Shown piece after piece: positions 49,500 to 62,900 of a DNA stretch of 64,000 nucleotides (positions within the stretch are counted from its first letter, which is position 1; every line of letters begins with the position of its first letter). The translations under genes were made by a program, and so were the position numbers. This DNA is from Octopus vulgaris (lineage: Eukaryota), in NCBI GenBank assembly GCA_951406725.2, contig OX597817.1, forward strand, positions 73,470,001-73,534,000, in the 5' to 3' direction. Under the pieces are notes generated by a model. That model searched no databases and had not been told where the DNA came from. It saw nothing but the letters and a program-made list of their open reading frames with translations.

Positions 49500-50450
49500 A
49501 TTGAAATGATACAGCCTTTGAAAGTAGAACTGGAGCGGGTTGTATTGAAGACAGCTTCCAAGTAACTTTGGTTGACACCTGCTAATGAATTTTTTTCAAT
49601 CGATCTAATTTAATCAGAGATCTATGTTTATTATCCGTTCTCTCCACAATGTCTCGTATGAAATGGAGATTGTTGTGGAATGTTCTAGCCGGGATCATGC
49701 AGTTCTGTATGCTCCTGACTACTTTACATATATCTCGGTCCAAATCTTAAACTTTTTATTCAGTAATGTTAAGGACAAGAAATTATCGATGATCCTCGCC
49801 TTGTTCCCGTACTTCCTCGCCAGCGTCACATCTCCCCGGTTGAAAATGCTTGTAGCCTCTTGCCATTTACAACAGATGACAACCAATCTGAAATGTATCT
49901 ATATAAATAACAGCAGGCCTTCAAAACAATGATTTGCCCCTCACAAAACAACTTACTGCTAAGCATAACTCAGTTGTTATTGTCAAATTGGGGTCTACGT
50001 AACCAACCAAAGTAAACTATGAACATCCTACACTATCGCTCTCAGCTTATCAGTCAAATACTCAACTCTGGTACAGCTACATGTTCTGATGCTTCTTCTC
50101 CAAGTCCACACTGACATGTTCAGGAAAATCCTGAAGCAGACAATTTGGGAAATTGTCTGATTCAGAAAGCTGACTGAATTTTCCGAATCAGACAATTTGA
50201 AACTCTCTGAGCAGGTCTATGAGTCTTTTGCACATAATCATTTATCTCTTGCTCCCACAAAAATCCCACAGTGCGTCTAATATGTCATTCTAATCGTCCA
50301 TTCACATCAATGAATGAGACATTCCTAAGAACGCATCCTACCTATCTGAAGCAATCCTACCATTCAGCCTTTGTTGGGACATAAGCGATATCTTGTCTGA
50401 AGGCATCACCTCCACTGCTGTTCATGTTCAGGGCTAAATCAAAGATCATC
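49500..50450 (-). pseudogene. degenerate L1/Tx1-type ORF2 relic (endonuclease end and RT start)
   Basis: Manual translation, RT part 49850-49530: FNRGDVTLARKYGNKARIIDNFLSLTLLNKKFKIW / VVRSIQNCMIPARTFHNNLHFIRDIVE...LIKLDRLK / VNQSYLEAVF. Endonuclease-like pieces KRLIDLLREFQ, SVWTW and FTLVGYVDP lie upstream. Boundaries approximate. Confidence 0.75.
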
Positions 50451-52459
50451 GGTTAGCTGACAATACTGCTACCTGAGTCACCAAGAAGGTTCTGAAGAAC
50501 GTGTGATCCGGATATTCTGGTCTAACTTTTGGAATCCACTAATATATTCATTGACTTATGTCCATTCAGCAAGTGCCATTATTTCCAGAGCACCTCTAGC
50601 CTCGTGTATTTTATGTAGCCTACCCTAAGTACTGACACGTTGGGCGGAAGTGGTTATTTATATTTTTGTGAGGAACGACTTTAAATTCTGATCTTCGAGT
50701 TTCCATACAGATTCCTCTGACGCTTTTCAATAAATGTATGTAGACATCTGATGACCTCACTAAAGTATATGTTGCCAACATTGAGAGAAGTTTTTCGAAA
50801 AAGGTTGCCGTAGGAAAAGTGGATGGATGATAATTGGGGAAGATGTTTAACTGCGAATGTGTCTGTGTCGCTTGTGTCAGTGTTAAATTTTGGATGTGAA
50901 ACGCGTTGAAAATAATGCATCTGTAAAGGAAATGGGAAAATTATTCTGATAGAAAGATCTGAAAACAGAGATAACTTTAATGTAGGGTTAGAAAATAGAG
51001 ACAATCCCTATAATATGTGCCTTGGGAATTATTAAAAATCATGAATATAAATAAATGCATAACTAAAAATCTACCAAATATACTCTACATACACAGAAAA
51101 AATTGTCTAGTTTCTGTACATATATTACACAGAATACTCTTTTATTCGTTTCAGCTTGTTTGCTGTGACCATACTGGATCACCAATCTACTGTCAAAGTA
51201 ATAAAAGAAACTACAGAACTAAAACAAAACACTGCATATACTCAAGACGATAAGTGCTGTACTTAGTAATGCAGTAAGAAAAATAAAAAACTTTATTCAT
51301 TTAAACTTAATGAGTTAATGTATTTATTTTATTATATCATATATTTCATTTTATTCTATTTTTTTCATTTTTGCAGTAGATTGTAGCAATTGGCTGTTTA
51401 GGCTCACCTACTGACACCTGTCACCAAATGTTTTGTAAATATCTTTTTTAAAAGAGAAGTGAAAATGTTATGTCTGCACTGCATGCCTTACAAATTAGAT
51501 CGGTGATATACTGCAAACGCACACAAACAAACACACTAAGAATGCATGTAGAATGTTAACTCTTTCAATCAGTTGATATTCCTGCCTTTGTATTTTCTTA
51601 TGTTAGCGGACACATTTCAACTTGTAATTGATCAGATGATAAATAAGTTCTGTAACTGATAAACTAAATGTGACATGAACCTTTGATTATATTTTGGATT
51701 TTTTTTTGTAACTTGGTAGTACTATTCCATTTAAATATTTCACCACCTTCTAACATAGTATGTTTTCTTTGACAAAAGAGATATGTTACATGAGTGATAT
51801 AAATGCACTGTCACAAACATCAAAAATATTTTAGAGAAAAGCGAAGCAGGCATGGCAATTATGTAGATAGCATATCACATGGTTTTATGTTCCATCTCCA
51901 TTGCCCAACACATTCGGTACATGACTTTAATGACTTAGGTTGACATTAAGGATTATCACGGAGACAGTAAAAGTAACTTCAGTTGAATATTTCCGTTCGT
52001 TAATGTTTTGGTTATTGAATGCTTCCCTTGTAGTCTGATAAATGTAAAGCTCTTAAATTTTCTAATTTTGCCTTCGAATTTCACGTTGTTAATGAATGAT
52101 ATTAAATCATGGTAATTGTTTCTAGCCTAGACACTGGGCCAGGAATTAGGGTAGGATAGCGGTTAGTCTATCAAATTGATCCCAGTTTTTCATTGGTTCT
52201 TCATTTATTAATTCCGGAGGAATGAAACGCAAAGTTGACCTCAGCGGTAACTGAATTCTGAATTCAGAATTTAAAGAACCGGAAGAAATGCTACAAGGCA
52301 TCAAAGAGAACCCAGTCCATCCTCCTATCAAGGTATGATATAATATATGTAAACCTACATAATAGACACTCGACCCTTATCGAGGCCTCATCAGAGACGT
52401 CTTCATCACTTGGACAGTATGAATGCGAAAGCATATGTTCATCGATTTATGCTATTATA

Positions 52460-52870
<411 letters not shown>

Positions 52871-53462
52871 AAATATATAGATATTTGAATCTGGCGTTTC
52901 GTGGCAGATTAAATTTCACAAAGACTGATTGTTATCATGTGACATACAGAAATGGGTTGTGATCTAAATGCCCATTCCTGTATATAAATTATTCTCCTTT
53001 GTTGCTGCTCATATATATTCACAAGTGTGTATAATCACTGGGCTGCATCAGCGAGTATAAACACCGTAGAATAAAAGAAGAACAACAAATAAAAATAAAA
53101 TGAAAATGTATAAATAATCGCAACAGAAAAATGTACGATGTGTTAGTTGTTAAAGTTGTTTAAACCCAGTACAACCCTGATTGTTCAAAAGCCATTCATT
53201 GGGGACCAATCTTTTCCTTCTAAGATGTTAACCGAAATTTGAAGGCTTGGTTAATAATTCTAAGACGGTGGTACGGAAGAGAGTGTAGTTTATAGGTATC
53301 ATGTAATAAGAATACAGCCATTTCTGTCTCTATCTGTCTGTCTGTCTATCTATCTGTCTCCCTCTCTCTCTACATAAATAATATATATATATATTATTAT
53401 ACATATTATATACGTACATATGTATGTTTCAATATACGTAAATATATATAACACCTTGTGAA

Positions 53463-53496
<34 letters not shown>

Positions 53497-53499
53497 ATG

Positions 53500-54008
53500 T
53501 CTTACTTTTTAAAAAAATTATTTGAGTGCGGCAACGCAGGGGTACCACCTTGAAGGGCTTAGTAGAACAAATTGATCCCAGTACATTTTAAAGTCTTGTA
53601 CTAATTCTATCGGTGTGTTTTATTGCTGAGTCGCTACGTTACGGTCACGTAAACGAACCGCTACCGGTTATGAGGCAGTGGTAGGGGACAAACACAAAGA
53701 CACACACACACACACACACAGAGACACACACACACACACAGACACACACACACAGACACACACAGACACATACACACACACACTCTCTCTCTCACATACA
53801 CACACACACACTCTCTCTCTCACACATATACGCACATACTCACACAATCTCTCACACACACATATGTACAACAGGCTTCTTTCAGTTTCCGGCTACCAAA
53901 TCCACTCACAAGCCTTCGGTTGACATGGGGCTATAGCAGAAGACATCTGCCAAAACTGAACCCAGAACCATATGGATGGGAGGTATGATTACAGTCACGC
54001 CTGTACCT
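53500..54008 (-). mobile_element. SINE family 1, diverged, with expanded central (CA)n
   Basis: Family-1 tail and body flanking 53690-53865. Confidence 0.75.
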
Positions 54009-54599
54009 TATAGGTTTGTACGCATACATGTATATATATGCATACACACACACACATATATATATATATATATGCAATACGCATGTATAGACCCACACCC
54101 ACACAAACACACACACATATGTAAAGTTAGAAAGATAGATGTACACATAATATTTATGAATACACACACATGCGTCTACAAACGTGCACGCACTCACGCA
54201 GATTAACACGTACATATAAACAGATAATGGACTGACTCGTTTGATTAATTGAATTTCAATATTTTCGGCCACGTGAATCTTCGGACAACTGAGAATGCAA
54301 ACATGTAAGCATGCGTGGAAACACAAGTTCACAAATCCCCGCACTTCTTTACAAAAATGATTTTGCTCACGGAGGTACTCGAACATGCAAACACGTTCAG
54401 GTCTATAATTATAGGCGTATCTAGAAAAAAGAAAAAGTTTCTATGGAGTATAAAAACTTCAACCCTCAATGACATACGAGAAAGAGCTAACCTTATGAAC
54501 AAGTGAAGTACATTTTACATTAAACTACACGCACGTGTGTAATTCATTATTACACAAATACTCGCACGCAGGCACACGCATACGCAGAAAGATACCGCT

Positions 54600-54722
54600 C
54601 CCACACACATATACATACATATGTAAACACACACATACATATATATATGCGTGTGTTTGTGTGTGTAAATATATAAATATATATACATGTATATATATAC
54701 ATATACATATACATATATATAT

Positions 54723-54778
<56 letters not shown>

Positions 54779-55058
54779 GTATGCATACATATATATATAT
54801 ATATATATGTGTATATATACATATATATACATATATGTATATATACATATATATATATATGTGTTTATATATATATATGCATATATACATATATAAACAT
54901 ATATATATTGTGTATATATATATATATATATGAATATATATATATACATGTATTTATATGTATATATATATACGTATATATATATATAGACATGTATTTA
55001 TATGTATATATGTATGTATATGTGTATAAATATATACATGTTTATATATATATATATA
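54600..55058. repeat. degenerate (TA)n tract
   Basis: Visible directly; continues at 55711-55880 beyond the LINE fragment. Confidence 0.95.
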
Positions 55059-55711
55059 CCGGTCCAGAGAACAAGGTGTCATCATGCCACTTTTTTCCTC
55101 CTTTGTACGGCCACACCTTGAATACTGCTGCCCACTGTGGTCTCCTCACACAAGACAAAACATCTCCAGAATTGAGTCACCCCAGAGGGCTCTCACTAAA
55201 CAAATTGAAGGCATGGCTGCTCTCGATTATTGGGATCGCCTTAAAGCCTTGAAACTTTACTCCCTCCAGCGTCGCCGTGAGCGGTACATCATTTGTACGA
55301 TGTGGAAAATATACCGCCAACTTTGCCCAAACGACCTAAACATTAGCTTCAAGGTTCATCCAAGACTTGGACCACGGGCTATACGTCCCCTGCCAAATTC
55401 AAGATCACAACATACATGTACACTGCAACATAATTTCTTTTCCTCAACAGGCCCTGCCCTATTTAACATTGTCCCGAGGGAGATCAAAGAGGAAAAGGAT
55501 CCCATCAACTTCAAACAGAGTCTGGATAGATTCCTTCAAAGAATACCAGATAAGCCACCCATAATTGGATACAACTCACCCAACAAGAACTCACTACTTG
55601 AACAAAACTTGACTTAAACAGGATTCGAATAATCCTATCAGATGGTGTTATTAAGTTAGACATGGCCTGGACCAATCTCTGGTCGAAACATATCTAAGTT
55701 TATCTAAGTTT
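55059..55711 (+). mobile_element. 5'-truncated CR1-group LINE (second family) inside a (TA)n tract
   Basis: Intact C-terminal frame to 55617: [14 protein letters not shown]...[21 protein letters not shown]. 3' UTR catggcctg-gacca-atctc-tggtc-gaaac; tail (tatctaagtt)2. Confidence 0.9.
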
Positions 55712-55715
55712 ATAT

Positions 55716-55875
<160 letters not shown>

Positions 55876-56896
55876 TATACATAGACGCGCGCGTGCAAGC
55901 ACACACACACGACGGATTTCCACTCAGTTTTCTTCAACCAAATTTGCTCAAAGGGTATCTGATAGGTATAGGGTTCAATTCTCTATAACTGCAACGAGCA
56001 ACTTTTGTTCCCGACTTCTAGGAATTTTTACCCAATTCTCTTATCTGTTTTCACAGTTTTCGTCTTCGGGATAGATCTTTTCTTCTGTAAAATTGTAAAA
56101 TACCACCCACCCGGCGTTTCTAAGTTTGTTCATAAAAAGATCCTCACGTCCAAAGAGCTATTATTTAGCCATATCACAGGCGTTAATTGTTGTCAGAGAC
56201 CGCTTAGCTTAATTGTACACATCTCAGTCGGTGTCTGAGCGGTACGGCGTTCGATTCTATGTAGAAGCCTGTTTGTAACATATTCCAGCTGCTAAAAGTA
56301 AATTCATTGCAGTTACCGCGGAGAACCCCTCCCCCAGCTCACTTATGGTAAAAAGACGTAAAAGCATATCTGAACTAACATAAGGTTCGCTTATGCTTAA
56401 TCATTGCTTGGCGCTGATACTGTTGGATTTCTCCCGACTGGGCGGTCCAATTGCGCAGCTCAATCAATGTTGTTGACTGTTTTTCTAGTTAAATCTATGG
56501 CTTTAAATCTGCTCAAATTTACCTCACTTCTGTATTTCCCATTGACGTTGGCTAAAAAGCCAGAAACACTACATTTGGGCAGATATGATGTATTTACACC
56601 TCATTATAGGGAAGAATTTTTTTCTCCATACTAATAGCAGTAAATTTGCCTTTAGGTAACATAAAGTTCGCTTATGCCTAAACACTGCTTGGCACTGATA
56701 CTGATGAATTCATACATACATGTATGTATGTATGTATGTATGTATGTATGTATGTATGTATGTATGTATGTATGTATGTATGTATGTATGTATGTATACA
56801 CACATATGCGACTGGTTAAATAAGCCGTTAAGAAGGCAACACAATAGACTTATTTTTATGGGTGTATGTGTATGTGTGTATGTATACACGCACGCA

Positions 56897-56934
<38 letters not shown>

Positions 56935-57056
56935 AACACACATATGTAATTGTTGTGAATTTGTCTCTAAGCATTTGAAATATGTCAAACATATTTTAAC
57001 TAACTTAAACTTTGCTTATGTATGTATGTGTGTGTGCATATATATGTATATATATA

Positions 57057-57127
<71 letters not shown>

Positions 57128-57589
57128 GGGGAGAGAGAGAGGGAGAGCGAGAGAGAGAGATGGAAAGAGAATACTCAACAAATTGACCAATTTGATTAAT
57201 TTTTTTCTTTTTCGACTGGAATTTTTTCACTTTTAGTCGTTTGACCATTTTTACATTTCTTTTTCGTTGACTTTTGATCTCGCAAACCTTCGTACAACTT
57301 GTATGTCGATCCTGTTAGTTATAGGACATCACTTTTTACTTCTACAACCTTGCTGTAACAATTCAATGAACGAGCTTCTACGTCAGGAGTTCTCAACCAT
57401 TTTTTTTTTATCTATGAATCCCGTAGCCATTCTATGTTTAAAATCTAGTTTTGCAGAAACTTCCTTCAAAATCCCTATTTTGTCTTTCACACATTAACTT
57501 GTGTAAGATGAACTATGTAAAATGTTACAGGAAGAAACGTAGCTGTCTCTTGTTATATATACCAATTTTATTTTTTATGCGCTTTTTTC

Positions 57590-57722
57590 AAGCCTAGCTA
57601 GGCTCATCGGCCCGGTTTCCCGGTTTCTGTGGCGTATGTGTTTTCCCCAGCTGGACGGGACGCCAGTCCATCGTAGCGTTATTCAAGAAACAGGAAGAAA
57701 GAGTGAGAGAAAGTTGGGGCGA
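57590..57722 (-). mobile_element. SINE fragment with V-domain-like core
   Basis: Minus strand cgctacgatggactggcgtcccgtccag resembles the V-SINE core. The adjacent gaaacaggaagaaagagtgagagaaagttg is shared with family 3 (18514-18544). Confidence 0.55.
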
Positions 57723-58257
57723 ATCGCACGCCACTGCTTCGCAAAATAAGGAACAAAATTGAAGCTAAAGGTTGTATCATGGGATCTAGGATTCACTGCA
57801 GATAATAAAAAGACGGGATCATTATACCTGTTATCATATGATAACAGGTCTGCTCAATTTGGGGGCTGATCTAAGAGAAAAGAAGAAGAAGAAGAACAAC
57901 AACATAGCAACAACAACAACAACAGCAACAACAACCACAATAACAGTAGCAACTGCAACAGCTGCAACAAGAACAGTAGTAGTAACAGTCACAACAGCAA
58001 CGTCCCTATAGTTGTCTCAATAAACAATTCTTTGGTGACAGGTCTGAGTATTTCGTTTGTTTTAGTTTTAAATTTTGTATATTAGGGGTCGTGGCGTAAC
58101 AAAACAACGAACGGCTGCGATGTATAACATAGCAACCTTTAAGCGGAGGAAAAAGCAATGGGCAGCATGTTCTTAAAAAGGAACTCTTTTAAAGCCTGAT
58201 TGAAATATCCGCTCTTCTTATCTTTGAATTGAAACATTGCTTAACAATAGCGAATGT

Positions 58258-58862
58258 AACAACAACAACAACAACAACAGTAACAGCAACAGCAACGACA
58301 GTTACCACTACCACTACAACCATCATCACTGCCGCCGTCAAAACCACCACCACCACCACCACAACAACAACAACAACAACAACAACAACACCAGCAATAA
58401 CCACGCATACATTTTTTCAGCTTTTCTCTTACTCTCTCTCTCTCCATCTTCCCCAGCTCTCTCTCTTTTTCTCTCACTCACTCACCCACCCACCTACTCA
58501 CTCACTCACACACTCATTCGCTCAATCACTCATTCGCTCACTCACTCACTCATTCACTCACTCGTTCGTTCTATCACTCACTCAGTCACTCACTCAGTCA
58601 CTCATTCGCTCACTCACTCACTCATTCACTCACTCGTTCGTTCTATCATTCACTCAGTCACTCACTCACTCACACACTCACTCACTCACTCATTCGCTCA
58701 CCCACTCAATCGCTCACTCACTCAGTCGCTCATTCACTCACTCACTCAATCGCTCACTCACTCAGTCGCTCACTCACTCAATCGCTCACTCACTCAGCTC
58801 GCTCACTCACTCACTCACTCACTCACTCACTCACTCACTCACTCACTCACTCAGTCGCTCAC
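58258..58862. repeat. (ACA/ACC)n followed by degenerate (TCAC)n
   Basis: Visible directly. Confidence 0.95.
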
Positions 58863-59543
58863 TTTCCTTCAGCCTGTCTCTCTATTACAACGGATCTTTC
58901 TTCCATACTTCGAATATCTCATACCTCTCTTTCCCCGCCTTTGTAATCAATTCACTATTGTTTACAGAACCAACATTACACAGATACACACACACTCTCA
59001 CTCAGGCACCTATACAAACACGTGTGCATATATGTATGTAAATGTGTGCGTATATATGTATGTGTATGCATGTATGTGTACGTGGGTGTATATATGTATG
59101 TGAGTGTATATGTGTGAGTGTGTGTGTTTCATTATTCGCCTGTTTTCCAAGTCAGTGAAACATTATCCGCAGAGTAGGAAATGCTACAGGCAGCGGCGGC
59201 GATGGCGGTGGTGGTAAAGGTGCTTGTTATTGAAGCTGTAGTAGAGATTAGAATAGTTAATAGTTAAAGAAGTTTTATTAATTTTATTACTACTTGTATC
59301 AGAGCAGCGGGGTGTCGGCCATACAATTGCCCTTAACCTATTTTATAATCATTATAATCAATAACTATATTCATCCATTAAGTACTAAATTGAACCGAAA
59401 GTTTTAATATCTCAATTCCAAAAATAACAGAAAAAAGGTTAAAAGTATTTTGGTGTAATTTAGTATCTAATTGCTTTTTAGGATTATATATTATTTTTAT
59501 CTAAAGCATAACCAATTAAATCTGTCATACATACATACATACA

Positions 59544-59574
<31 letters not shown>

Positions 59575-59761
59575 GTATATATTATTATATTATATTATAT
59601 TATATTATATTATATTATATTTAATCACCTTTACTATTTTTTCCCGTTTATACGTCATTCTGTCTTTATTATAAACCATTGAGCAGTTTCACTCAAGTAA
59701 AACCTACATAGAAAGCTGGACTCATTTTAATACTGTTTACATATTTTAAACGCTCTTGCTT

Positions 59762-59802
<41 letters not shown>

Positions 59803-60619
59803 CATACACACTGGCACATATCCCAGAGCGCGGGAAAATTAATGTGATTGGCAAACATTTATTCACCAACACGCTTCAACCATTAACCCTTCTTGGCTCT
59901 CAAACTCATTTCATATTGATGTCATCAGTGCAGAAACTGACTCTTTCGCAATGTTCAGTTCTGTAGTTTTATCAACAAATCCCATTCTCTAGACACATCC
60001 TTGCACACAAATAACCCTAATACCTTCATTTTTTCGTACTCCCAAATCAAACTTCTATCAGTCTATAACAGTCTCTGTCCCTTCTGGGCTGTCGGCCCAC
60101 ACCCTTATCGAGCTATACACTGCATATACAAGAGTTTGACGGGCGATTGATACTATATTCTTTGGTATATCTATCACAACCTACAGGTAACAATAACTCA
60201 CTGTCTCAAGCCTCTTAAGAGGTTCACCCATAAATTAATTGCGGCAAATACAACAATAATTTGCAATAATTCGCGATCGACTATTGTTGGTAACATTTAC
60301 CATGCTTTCGCTTATTATTTTATGTCCCTATAGAGTCGCAAAGAGACATAGTTACCGTTTCGGGCTCCTCTCACTCTATATATCACAGCAAATTTAGGAT
60401 GTTTCAGCTGGAGAGAGATAGAGGGGGAGAGAGAGAGCAAGGTACATAAACTTCTGGTTGGTACTTATTTACATGCCAAGGAAACTGGATCCACATGAAA
60501 TGAAGTGTCTTGTTCAAGAACATAACACGTTGCGCAATTTATAAATCGAGCCACAACCTTATGCTCATTAGTGTAACACCCTAACCGCAAGGCTGCGTGC
60601 CTTCAGCTCGCGGTAACTA

Positions 60620-61013
60620 TATTCTTTTATTCTTTTACTTGTTTCTGTCATTTCACTGTGGCCATGCTGGAGCACCACCTTTAGTCGAACGAATCGACCC
60701 TAGGACTTATTTTTTTGTAAGTGTAGTACTTATTCTATCAGTCTCTTTTGTCGAACCGCTAAGTTGCCGGGACGTAAACGCACCAGCATCGGTTGTCAAA
60801 CGATGGTAGAGGGACAAACACACACACACAAACACACACACACACAAACACACACACAAACACACACACGGGATTCTTTCAGTTTCCGTCTACCAAATCC
60901 ACTCACAAGGCTTTGGTCAGCCCAAGGCAATAGTAAAAGACACTTGCCCAAGGTACCACGCAGTGGGACTGAACCCGGAACCATGTGGTTGGGAAGCAAG
61001 CATCTTACCACAC
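60620..61013 (-). mobile_element. SINE family 1
   Basis: Tail, (CA)n core, body and head. Confidence 0.88.
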
Positions 61014-61134
61014 ACGAGCCGAACATCCTTTACCACCAGGCCACGCGTATTCCGCATAAACTAAGTAAATTGTATTATTAACAGTGTTTACTATAGAAAT
61101 TATGAAGGTGTAGTCTTAATTCAGTATTAAGGAA

Positions 61135-61352
61135 ATAATCTTTTCTGGTGTAGGTACAAGGCCTAAAATTTGCGGGGAGAGGGTAAGTCGATTACATCGA
61201 CCCCTGTGCGTAACTGGTAGTTATTTAATCGACCCCGAACGGATGAAAGGCAAAGTCGACATCAGCGGAAGTTGAGCTCAGGACATACCGGCAGACGAAA
61301 TATCGCTCAGCATTTCTCCCGGTGTGCAAACAATTCTGCCAGCTCGCCGCTT
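61135..61352 (-). mobile_element. SINE family 2 monomer (tail B)
   Basis: Tail aggtacaaggcctaaaattt...; head ...tctgccagctcgccgc. Confidence 0.82.
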
Positions 61353-61356
61353 TAGT

Positions 61357-61729
61357 ATTCTATTTTTACTCTAGGCAAAAGGCCCAACATTTTTTGGGAG
61401 GGAGCCAGTCGATTCGATCGACCCCAGTACACAACTGGTTCTTAATCTATCGATCCCGAAAGGATGAAAGGCAAAGTCAGACGAAATACCTATTTCTATT
61501 TCTTTACTACCCACAAGGGGCTAAACACAGAGGGAACAAACAAGGACAGACAAAGGGATTAAGTCGATTATATCGACCCCAGTACGCAACTGGTACTTAT
61601 TTAATCGACCCCGAAAGGATGAAAGGCAAAGTCGACCTCGGTGGAATTTGAACTCAGAACGTAACGGCAGACGAAATACGGCTACGCATTTCGCCCGGCG
61701 TGCTAACGATTATGCCAGCTCGCCGCCTT
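61357..61729 (-). mobile_element. SINE family 2 dimer
   Basis: Junction acgaaatacc|tatttctatttctttactaccc at 61490|61491; one head at the right end. Confidence 0.88.
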
Positions 61730-62589
61730 TGTATTAAAGAAATAATTACATTACTTGTCTCATGCAATTATATACGTCGACTTTCATTAACAAAAAAGAA
61801 AAAAAATCAAAGTAAAAATGATCAAATCATTCAGTGTAAAAAATTTAGTTTAGAAAAAAAAAAATCGCACACACATACACACGCGCGCACAGAGGCATTA
61901 GAAAGTCAGCACTATTCTAAACTGGAAGAATGGTGAACCCGGTTGGTTCCCCTCGTGGTCGGAGTTATTACAAGGAGATAATCATTTCTTCATAATATAC
62001 GGCGGGATTAGAAATTTGAATTTGAAATTAAGAAATGATAAGGAACAAGATGCATAGAGTTCACACATTTAATTTTTCTTAACTTTTTATGAAGTTTTAA
62101 AAATTTCAAGTCGATTCTAATCATGTATACACATTCTAAAAAGACAATTTATGAGCGATGCTTCTTTAAGATAATCTTGTAGTTCACGAGTTTGATATTC
62201 GTTGACGGTGCTTTGAATTCTCGTTGCACTAATTTAAAATTTCCTTTTGTAATAGGAAATGTCTGCGCCAGCGATACACTGTTTGATTATTCATTTATTG
62301 ATTGATGCCTTTTCAAGATTTCTTTAAAAAATTCTTGTTTGAAGTATGGCATTTTTTTGTCTTTGAATTTCTTTTTCCCTTTTAATGAATTATAAAGTGT
62401 TTACTCTGCGGAAAAAAAAAGAAAAAAATCTTTAAATAATGTTTAACGATACATTTACTTTTGGCAAGGTAATATTGGTTTCGATAAAATTACGGGCGAT
62501 GTATTCTCTGTGATGCTATTACTCACGACGAATTTACATCAAACCCTGCTGAGTAGCAGTTGAAGGCAATAGACACAATCTTATAATGA

Positions 62590-62900
62590 TAGGGGAAAAA
62601 TTACCCACCTATTCCAACCAGTGTCTTATCATACACCGAATATGTTGAAGAGTATGAGTACAGTCATTAACATCAACCTTCCCCAACCTATCGAATCTCC
62701 TTTTCTCCGTAATAGCCACCAGTACAGCTTTCGTAAAACTAGACCCATCGAGTCTCTGCTATCTTGTGTTACTCATCGTGAGTTCTGGCTTACAGGAAAT
62801 TTGAAAACAGTGTTATTACTCTCGATGTAAGTAAAACTTTCAAATGTGTATGGCACGTGAATCTTCCGTCAAAGCAGTTTTCTTTGGGTCCCATCCATTT
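62590..62900 (+). pseudogene. Jockey/CR1-type reverse transcriptase relic
   Basis: HQYSFRKTRPIESLLSCVTH, then (frameshift) ITLDVSKTFKCVWHVNL, resembling QYGFR..RST and LD.SKAFD.VWH. Confidence 0.7.

Noticed and set aside
58229-59103. 270- and 288-aa ORFs
   Set aside because: Made of (ACA)n and (TCAC)n repeats.
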